Shown piece after piece: positions 10,352 through 19,429 of a stretch of 19,429 nucleotides of DNA (position 1 is the stretch's first letter; every line of letters begins with the position of its first letter). Location of the stretch: NCBI GenBank assembly GCA_964016885.1, contig CAXHJY010001607.1, positions 1 through 19,429 of the forward strand, given 5' to 3'. Below the pieces are notes generated by a model. It saw only the letters and a program-made list of their open reading frames with translations, was not told the origin of the DNA and did not search any database. Origin of the DNA: Eledone cirrhosa (Eukaryota). A program made the translations under genes and the position numbers.

Positions 10352-10755
10352 AGATTACATCGTGAACCATGATCCAGCAGGCCTCAATCGTGGAGACAGC
10401 AAAGGCCCCGACAGAATTACCATCTGCCAGTTCGACGGAGATAAATTCCCCATCTGCGAGGGCATAAGCTGCGACACGTTCTCCATATCGAACATTCTCG
10501 CTTCGAACACAAACCCCGGTACCGCGGCCCGCAATGCAGAGTACAGGAAGACAAACAAATCACATGGCTGTTTCGGTCGCATTCTCTTTGCACCGGTCGC
10601 TGAGGAAACCACATACAATCGAACTCCTCCACAGAATCGGAACGTCTGCAGCTCGTCTGAGGAAGAAGACCCGCGTAGACGCATGTCTGTTACAACGGCT
10701 TTTGCTCACCACAATCCACGGAAATGCCTTTGCAGTTTTGTCCGCTGGGCGTAGA
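10352..10755 (+). pseudogene. Decayed C-terminal restriction-like endonuclease domain of a CRE-type non-LTR retrotransposon (5'-truncated, frameshifted)
   Basis: Frame A gives DPAGLNRGDSKGPDRITICQF...SCDTFSISNILASNTNPGTAARNAEYRK...FAPVAEETT. This resembles the recalled consensus EPxGLxRxDGKRPDGxT..WDxTxxDT..GxAAxxAExxKxxKY..FxPxAxETxG. After a frameshift at ~10614, frame B continues TIELLHRIG...LLQRLLLTTIHGNAFAVLSAG, matching LxQRxSxAxxRGNA. The region is a GC-rich island. Confidence 0.8.
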
Positions 10756-11118
10756 CCTGACACCTCATCATCTCACCCACTTTCGCTTCTGTACCCTTAT
10801 AGACCTTTTTCTTTTCATTTTTTTTTCTTCTCATTTATGGCATTCATATTCTTTTCCTTTCCTGAACAGAGAGATGTGCCCTTCTTTAAAGCTCCTCCTC
10901 CTTTCGTACATTATTTACATAATTAATTATGAACACTTTAATCTTTTGCGCGATCTACTACTCACGTTTACCACACAAATTGAACTATTGGCACAATTTT
11001 TATTATTATTTCAATTCACAGGGAATTTCGTTTTTAAACACACTGTATTTATACTAGTATAACTTTATCTATGACACAGTATGTTGTTTGCTTTCACTGA
11101 ATCTATTACAATAATTTC

Positions 11119-11417
11119 AAGGTGTTCGCCTTAGTGGTTAGAACAGTTGGTTTACGATTGCATAATCGGGAGTTTGTACCTGGCCCCGCATTGTGTCCTT
11201 GTGCGAGACACATCATTTTACAACGCTCCGGTTCACGATCTGTAAAAAATTAGATATACTTGTAAATCAGATGACCAGCCTTGGGAAACACTCTGTCACG
11301 CTGAATATTCATTAGAACGTTTTTTCGAGTACACGGGTGTGTGGAAAGCTCGGTCACTTGTACCCTAAATCGTTACGAACAGCTTGGTTCGTAGATCGAA
11401 ACAACTGGAACACTCGC
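11119..11417 (+). mobile_element. tRNA-derived CORE-like SINE
   Basis: A-box-like gccttagtggttag and a decayed B-box gagtttgtacc are followed by CORE-like ttgtgtccttgtgcgagacac...ctccggttcac...tgtaaaaaat. Homologous to 4903-5235(-). Confidence 0.75.
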
Positions 11418-11747
11418 GGAGGTTCAACACATACACACAGACACACACACATACATATATGTGCGCGCACAAACACACAAATAAACGCGAAACACACGAG
11501 CATGCGAAGAAACACGAGCGCGCAAGTACACACACAACTGCAATGAATATATTAGAAAAAGAATATAAACATTGAAAGCTGGTTCTCTTTACATTTGCGA
11601 TATGGCGGGAAAAACATCTGTTTCACCAGATCTGTCAATCTGTTAAACACATGCTATGGGTATTAGACTAGGAAGTGGTTTTTGTGAGGTAAGAAAAATA
11701 ACAGATTTCAAAATAAGCCAGCCCCTAAAGCAAACATGCTGATATAT

Positions 11748-12025
11748 AATCACCATCATCATCATTTCTCTATCTCCGTTTTGTTCCTTCTGCTGTTAAT
11801 GCTGTTTGTCCTCCTTATCCTCCACCCCCTCTTCATCATCATCATCATCATCATCATCCTCATCATTACCCTCATCGTCGTCTTCTCCTGTGTCCTCGTC
11901 CGCACGTTTATTTTTCTCCTACTTCTCTTTCTTCTCCTCTTCACCATCATAATCGTCATCCTCGTGCTTATCTTTTACCATCACTCTAGAGATGATCATG
12001 ATAATATGGATCACCATCATCATCT
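11748..12025. repeat. Degenerate (CAT)/(CTT)/(CCT) triplet tract
   Basis: Direct inspection. Confidence 0.8.
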
Positions 12026-12167
12026 CAAAATCATATGGAATCTAACTCCAGCTAGACATATGTAGTAAAACACCATAATTGTCATAACACCTGTTGTAAT
12101 GATCAAACTTAATATCCATAAGTAATCAGGTCTTTCCTTTCTGTTTATTATTATTTTGGCGGTATTA

Positions 12168-12414
12168 GGGCGGTGGATTGTCACTACCGGTAGAACATCG
12201 GACACCATACTTCGCACCATAGAGGTATATAGTTACGGCACTTTATGTTCTGATTTCAAATTCTGCCGAGGTTAGCTTTGCCTTTCATCTTTACGGGGTC
12301 CATAAAATAAAGCACAAGTAACGCACAGGGGTCGATTTAATCGACCCACCACACTGAAAAATAAACAAACAGACAAACACAAAAATGGTTGGCCTTGTGT
12401 CTAAGAAAGAAACC
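12168..12414 (+). mobile_element. Meta-domain-like tRNA SINE with a degenerate 21-bp TSD
   Basis: gggcggtggattg...ttcaaattctgccgaggttagctttgcctttcatctttacggggtccataaaataaagcacaagt...ggccttgtgtctaagaaagaaacc. Flanks attattattttggcggtatta (12147-12167) and attataattttggcagtgtta (12415-12435) are 18/21 identical. Confidence 0.88.
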
Positions 12415-12423
12415 ATTATAATT

Positions 12424-12648
12424 TTGGCAGTGTTAATAGAACGACGCCATTTAGAATTGCTTAATATTTTGCGGGATTTAGTTACGGATTTTTACTTTCT
12501 GAGTTCAAATCCCGCTTTAGATTAACTTTGACTTTAATCCTACCAATTTTGATAAAATAAAGAATCATTTATGTACTGGAATCGATATAATAGTCTTATG
12601 GATTCTACCAAATTGCGGGCCTTGTGCTAATGTTAAAAAGGATAATTG
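12424..12648 (+). mobile_element. More diverged copy of the same SINE, head-to-tail with the previous one
   Basis: ttggcag...ctgagttcaaatcccgc...ttaactttgactttaatcct...gataaaataaag...aaattgcgggccttgtgc. Confidence 0.8.
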
Positions 12649-13446
12649 TTAAATATTCTATAATTTGGTGGTTCTGAAAGACCCAGATCACATGACTTAA
12701 CGCCTTATAATCGTAGTTTTTCTCAAATTCTCCTACATTGTGAATTGTGTTACAATAAATTTCACATTAACTTAAGCAAGCTATACAATAATTGTATAGT
12801 CGCAAACAGGATTAAACTGAAGCAGAACTTTTTTTATTTGGTAGCTTTTTGTGAACTGTTAATTCGTAGCTATCGAATTACTTGTTCTATTTTGTGGTTT
12901 ATTGTTATTTCATTTGATATATATATATATATACAATATATGGTATTCAGTTCCAGTTTGCTTTCTTCTTTAACTAACATTTTTCCCTGGAGAAAATTCA
13001 TCCCCTTGTAGCCAAGTGTCTCCGATTAAGAATCACTGGATTATATTTGATATTTCGACTACTCATCTCTACAGACTTTCAATGAAATCAAGTCATTCAC
13101 CTTTACCTTTTATTTTGCCTTTCCAGTAATTCCTGTTTCTGTTTATCGTATATTAACTGATACTATACTGGCCATTTAGGTAAACATTGTCAGTTCATGT
13201 ATTTCAATGACAAAATGCTACATCCATTGCATATAAATAAATAAATTGATATATTAGCGGTATCAGTAGGGCGTTCAACTGAATATTTGTGGCATTCAAA
13301 AACTTGAAAACATTAAAAGTCGCTCAAAAATTCTGTAAACTTAAAATATCCAAAAATTTCCTCGAAAAAGATTTTTCTTTTCTTGATAGAAAGGGACGGC
13401 CGAAAGTGTGGTGTTGTGTGTACGTCGGCCAGCCCCTGTATTACAA

Positions 13447-13522
13447 TACACATACACAAACACACATTCACACACACACACACACACATACAGATATATA
13501 TATCTTTATATATATTATATAA

Positions 13523-13597
<75 letters not shown>
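13447..13597. repeat. (CA)n and (TA)n microsatellites
   Basis: Direct inspection. Confidence 0.95.
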
Positions 13598-13606
<9 letters not shown>

Positions 13607-14551
13607 GAGGCTTTGTTTACAAAATGAAAAAAAAACGAGATACACAAAGATGAAATCGAAAATGCAACTGGAGTCTTTATAAACAATATTTATTTGGTTC
13701 CTTTACCGGTTTCGCAGTTCTTGAGCTTTTCAAATGTAGAATTGAGATGGAGGGTTTGTGGTTTTTCTCGCACCTAGTTGGTGTTCGAACGTTACTTCCG
13801 ATTTATATGGAAAAAAGTGGCTCGAAATGCTAGGTTTTTAGAAAAGTAATTTGGTTGGTTGATGGCTGTCATGTGAATAAGTATAATAAATTTCGCGCCA
13901 GTTCGCGTTACAAAGTTCTTATATTTGCCTTTAACAAAAAAGAGGTGGGAGGGCTCAGAATGTTTTTTTTTCATATATGAGTGAAATTTGGTTGGTTGAT
14001 GCATTCACGTGAATAAGCACATCAACTTTCGAGCCAGTTTGTGTTTGAATTTCTTTTTACTTAAAATAAGTCGCTCAAGAAAGGTTCTTTTTTTTTTTGT
14101 TTTTATAAATGTAATTTGATTGGATATAAATTAAATTATGACTGTCACGTGAACAAGTACATTAAATTCGGGCCCTTACTTAGGAATTTTTCTTTTGTAG
14201 CTATTTAGAGAATGTTGTGCCAAACAAAATATAATGGTAAAGAAAAATGGGATGGGGAAAATCGTTCAGGTTCAGTGAATATGGCAGATGTGCTAAAATG
14301 TAATTTCATTGGTTTTAAATAAAATTCTGAGTGTCACGTGAAAAAATTACATTAAAGTTCGCGACCGTTTTGGAGAATTTTTTTTTAAGCCATTTAGAGA
14401 ATGTTGTGCCAAACAAAATATAATGGTCAAGAAAAATGGGATGGAGAGAATTGTTCTGGTTCAGTGAATATGGCTGATGTGCTGGGTGTCAAAATTGAGA
14501 CTTTCTATTGAAATAAAGAAAGTAGAGATATGTATTTTTATTTGTGTGCTG

Positions 14552-14625
<74 letters not shown>

Positions 14626-15146
14626 GAAGATGATTCTATTAGTAGAAATAGGGGATGGAGTTATATGTGGGCGTGGGAGTATGATTAGCATGTTAAGATG
14701 GAGAGAATATATATTTGTGTGTGTGTGTGTGTGTAGGAAAATGATTCCCTTAGTAGAAATGGGAGTGGGGGCAATAAAATTATATTTCAGCACATCACCA
14801 ATACTTACTGAACCATAGCAATTCTCCTCATCCCCTTTTTTCTTGACCATTATCTTTTGTTTGGCACAAAATTCTCTAAATGACTACAAAAGAAAAATTC
14901 CCAAATACGGGCACGAAATTTAATCTACTTGTATACGTGGCAGTCAGCTCGTGGCAGTCATCTCATTTATAACCAATCAAATGACATTTATAAAAAAAAA
15001 AACACCTTTTTGAACTCATTTTTTTAAGTAAAAAGAAATTCTAACAAAAACTGGCGCGAAAGTTGAAGTGCTTATTCACGTGACTGCATCAACCAATCAA
15101 ATTTCACTAATATATGAAAAAACAATCTGAGCCCCCTATTCACCCC
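13598..15146. mobile_element. Composite element between (TA)n arrays: family X terminus, internal tandem subrepeats and a ~360-bp inversion
   Basis: 13598-13750 matches 2985-3172. Subrepeat heads aattt(g/c)(g/a)ttgg...tca(c/t)gtgaa occur at ~13849, 13985, 14113 and 14302. 14113-14293 is duplicated at 14302-14483. Inverted arms lie at 13951-14311 and 14772-15134. (TG)n lies at 14554-14622. Confidence 0.75.
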
Positions 15147-15364
15147 ATATATATATATATATATCGTAAATTAACTGATAATCCTTTGATAATGAAAAAT
15201 TATCTGGAATTAAAACTAGCATATTGTTCATCTCTCCGACTAATTATCAATTAAAAATATTTGTAACCAGAGAGATTTCAAGTTTTTTTAAATATATACA
15301 AAAAACATAGAAAAGAAAATCAATGCGATTTAAATATAATTAATAGGAACATCTTCTTTATACA

Positions 15365-15678
15365 TGGACAGCCACACAGAAACAGACATACATACAAATA
15401 CATACGGAAAAACACACAACATTCCATAAAAAATATAGACGCACAAACACAGAAATAAACATACATTAATACGCACACTCACAGAACAACACACACACAC
15501 AAAGACGCACACTCACGGAACCACACTCACGGAACCATACATACACACACACATGAAGACGCACACTCACAGAACCACACATACACACAAACGAACAAAC
15601 AGACACGCAAACACACATAAAAAACTCACAGACAGACAACATTATTTTCAGAGACACAAATACAAACAAATATATATA

Positions 15679-15724
<46 letters not shown>

Positions 15725-15815
15725 CACAAACACAAATAAAAATACACAAACACAGAAAAAAATATATGAACACGCAGACGTAATGAAACACACAAACAAA
15801 TACAACATATGTATG
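15365..15815. repeat. Degenerate CA-rich low-complexity tract with minisatellite motif acgcacactcac(a/g)gaac
   Basis: The motif recurs several times within 15471-15580. Confidence 0.8.
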
Positions 15816-16129
15816 TATATAAACACCTGAGATCCAAGTTTAATTCAACACCTCACACTGGCGCACTTCATATGGAAATGATTAACATTGTTGATATTTT
15901 CGATAGTTGTAATTGTAATAGTGGTGAATTCGTAGTTCGCAGCCGCATGTGAAGGGGAAGTTAGTGGTGAGCAGTTGGCGGATGTTTTTGGTATTGTAGA
16001 AAACATTTTATTAGGTTGTTATTATTTGTTATATTTTAGTTTTCTTTCTTTCTTATTTGGTTAAAACTGCTTCATATACGCAAGGGATATCTTGTTTGTA
16101 TATATGAAATACTAATTAGCAGGAAAACT

Positions 16130-16755
<626 letters not shown>

Positions 16756-17107
16756 TGTAATATTGAAGAATGGTAGAAAAAGTATTTACTAGCGGTGTTC
16801 AGTTTGAATATTCATTTAATGGCCAAGTAGTGCACCGTGTTACTTTGTAGTATCAAGTGCGCACTCAGTAATCCAATTCCTCCGTCTAAGAAGAAGAACA
16901 AGAAGAACAAGAAGAACAAGAAGTACGTCGTCGTCGACTTGGTGGTGGTGGTGGTGTTGGTGATCATGATGAGAGCTCACTGGACGTTCTCTTCCGCTTT
17001 GCAACTGCCGTACTTTGAAAACAGGCGAAAATATAAAGTTTTTTCGTCCTGTGTAAATGAGGTGATTAATCCCATTTACATATGAAGCTATATACGCTGG
17101 CACAACT

Positions 17108-17191
17108 TATATACATATATATATATATATACATATATATATACATATATATATATATATACATATATATATACATATATATATATATACA
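17108..17191. repeat. (TA)n with periodic CA interruptions (30-bp period)
   Basis: atacatatatatatatatatacatatatat is repeated in phase. Confidence 0.9.
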
Positions 17192-18884
17192 TTTATATTT
17201 TATGGTAAAAAAATTTCATGACCACTTGGTTTGGGCGATTTTTTTTTTTTGTAAAATTTACTTAACCTCTTGTATTCTTAAGGTTTAAAAATTAACAGTC
17301 GAAATGTTAAAATTTGACAAAGTTTTTAAGTTTAAAATTATGAATCAATGAATCGTAATCATTTCACAGCTGAGATTTATTATTTATGTGAAATTTCGCA
17401 CGGATATCTTCCTACATTTAGAACATTTTCGAATTCTTATACAGCGAGAATGCTACTCGAAAGAGAAAAATGTTTTCACTTAAAGAAAAATAGCGCGAGT
17501 ATATTGTTTTAATGAAGTACTTGAAAATTTGAACTTTGTTGTCGAATCACTTCTTCTAATTTACGGACCTGCGTGTGTCTGCTGACATCAGTCTGTCAAT
17601 TAAGGTAATAGTGTACATTAAACGTCAGAAAACAAGGTAGTTTTGGAATTAGATAGAGAAACCGAAACCAGATCCATGGAGATCTAAAGATGCAATATAT
17701 AACTGAAAAAGAAAGAGACATAAAAAAGGAGGACAGAGAAATTGGGGAAATTTAAATGTTTGGTTAAGTAGTAAGATGCAACATGTCCGCTGAACTAAGG
17801 TAAGAGTGGATATAATTAGATTCCATAGCGCGATGGAAAAATCCTATATTTATGTAAAGATTATGTAAGCGGATATGAATGTGTAAGGTTTGATGAAGAA
17901 AAATAGAAAAATAGAAAAAGGTAGTAATTCAAAGAAGAGAAAGAAAACAAAAAGAAATATTAATAGATTCTTGTATATGAAAAAAAAAACGAAAATATAA
18001 ATATGAGTTCTTTTTCCAAATACGTGAAAGAAGTCTGCTTTCTAATAGATTTCCTTTTTCCACCGAATCACTACGAATACGAGTTAATAGAATATTTATA
18101 GAATGACAAGGCAATTCCAAATGAGTGTTCAAAACTTTCGAAATGATTTCCCTTGTAAAATTACAATATAATCACAATATGGTTGAGGGATCATATATCA
18201 TTGTAATTTTCTGCATAATAAAATATATAGAATAGGGTTTCATATATGCACTACTGGATTCTGCTAATAAGTAAATTCATTCATAGAATGGGTAGATTAA
18301 AACTGCAATATATGCAACTGATATATTTTATGCATATACGTAAAATAATGTTCTTTATATGAAATTTGTTTTGAAGACGACATTTTAAAATCAGGTACTT
18401 TTAAGAATACAACAATTTGAGATGAAATTTCAATATGAAAAAGGCATTCAAAGAATATTGATCTATATCTTTTGACTATTTCGGTCATCTGTTTTCACGA
18501 ATGGCACGATATAGGCCGACAAACACTCGAGCTGTTAACCGCATTTTTATCGTCTAGGTCATCGGCTTGATTCAAATTAAGAATATCATTCGTTTAGCGT
18601 ATCATAATGCACAATCAAAGAAAAGCATTATAACAAATTCTTATGAGCTATGGGTTAAAGAAGTGGAGAAAACTATATATCGAAGGAATATTTGAAGTAA
18701 AATCAAATAATTTCTTCACATCTCAAAGGGATTAATATTATAAGTTGCGGAGCTAGTTGTTTTATATGTATATAATAATTCCATTAATTGCATTAACGTT
18801 TGATGTCTAACCTGTTATATCTATAAAAATTATTCATGAAGTGTTTGTAGATGCACGGACTCCCGACCAATCTCACGTGGGATA

Positions 18885-18947
18885 AAACCGTCCAATCCAT
18901 GCTAGCGTGGAAGATGGACGTTAAACGATGATGATGATGATTGATGA

Positions 18948-18950
<3 letters not shown>
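18885..18950 (+). mobile_element. 5'-truncated SINE/LINE 3' tail ending in (GAT)n
   Basis: aaaccgtccaatccatgctagcgtggaagatggacgttaaacgatgatgatg contains a stem-loop (cgtcca...tggacg; inner tccatgctagcgtgga) followed by a simple-repeat tail, which is typical of LINE-recognised 3' ends. It resembles a recalled octopus repeat tail. Confidence 0.7.
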
Positions 18951-19018
<68 letters not shown>

Positions 19019-19029
19019 TAAATATATAT

Positions 19030-19429
19030 ATAATATTATAAAGCTGAGTGTCGTGTGTATGTATGTATCCTACACACCTCTCTATAGTTTGTTAGCTTTA
19101 CTCTCTCCCTCGCTCTTCCTTCTCTCTATAATAGATCATTCCCCCTCTCTATAATTTAACTGTTTTACTCTCTCTGTCGCTCTTCACTCTCAAATATTAT
19201 AAAGTTGAGCGTCGTCTCTCCGTCGCTCTTCCCTCTCTCTATAATAGCTCATTCCCCCTATCTATAATTTAACTGCTTTACTCTCTCTGTCGCTTTTCAC
19301 TCCCAAATACTATAAAGTTGAGCGTCGTCTCTCTCTCCCTCTTTCACCCTCTCTATAATTTAACTGTTTTACTCTCTGTCTCTCTTCCCTCTCTGTATGA
19401 TAACACTCTTTTACTTTACGTTTTAACTG
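19030..19429 (+). mobile_element. Helitron-like (Lep1-type) non-autonomous element 5' end with internal tandem repeats; runs off the window
   Basis: taatattataaagctgag followed by gtgtgtatgtatgtat resembles the recalled Helitron 5' terminus TCTATACTAATATTATAAAGCTGAAGAG plus a tetranucleotide tract. The motif recurs at 19193 and 19306. The CT-rich subrepeat ctctctataatttaactgttttactctctctgtc occurs 3 or more times. Confidence 0.55.

Noticed and set aside
10355-10684. Minus-strand 109-aa ORF
   Set aside because: It is the antisense shadow of the plus-strand retrotransposon endonuclease relic.
11736-12065. Hydrophobic His-flanked ORF resembling a membrane protein
   Set aside because: It derives from degenerate CAT/CTT triplet repeats.
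13264-13440. Possible hAT-like MITE ends (cagtagggc...gcccctg)
   Set aside because: The terminal match is too short and imperfect, and no TSD is seen.
13845-14483. CRISPR-like repeat-spacer reading of the subrepeats
   Set aside because: The units are long and diverged with homologous 'spacers', the context is eukaryotic, and there are no cas genes.
15845-16006. 53-codon minus-strand ORF (MFSTIPKTSANCSPL...)
   Set aside because: It is short with no recognisable homology, and is compatible with chance.
17929-18488. Short ORFs in the unique AT-rich region
   Set aside because: No motifs, homology or clear splice structure.

Overview
AT-rich, repeat-dense eukaryotic non-coding DNA, probably intronic or intergenic. 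The SINE families and the dense (TA)n/(CA)n/(ACT)n/(CAT)n microsatellites resemble octopus (coleoid cephalopod) genomes. That assignment is recalled family similarity, not a search result. No intact protein-coding gene is supportable, and nearly all listed ORFs are microsatellite translations. Supported content: four copies of a tRNA-derived Meta-domain-like SINE (two with target-site duplications); three copies or fragments of a second, CORE-like tRNA SINE; a 3' SINE/LINE tail ending in (GAT)n; a frameshifted restriction-like endonuclease fragment of a CRE-type non-LTR retrotransposon (~10352-10755); a Helitron-like 5' end with internal tandem repeats at the right edge; and a ~650-bp ACT/GCT triplet array. 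The most striking pattern is a series of non-coding elements embedded in (TA)n arrays that carry fold-back inverted repeats (six cases), partial tandem repeats and decayed minimal-hammerhead-like motifs. This architecture suggests Penelope-like retroelement or retrozyme-like relics. No intact hammerhead was found.
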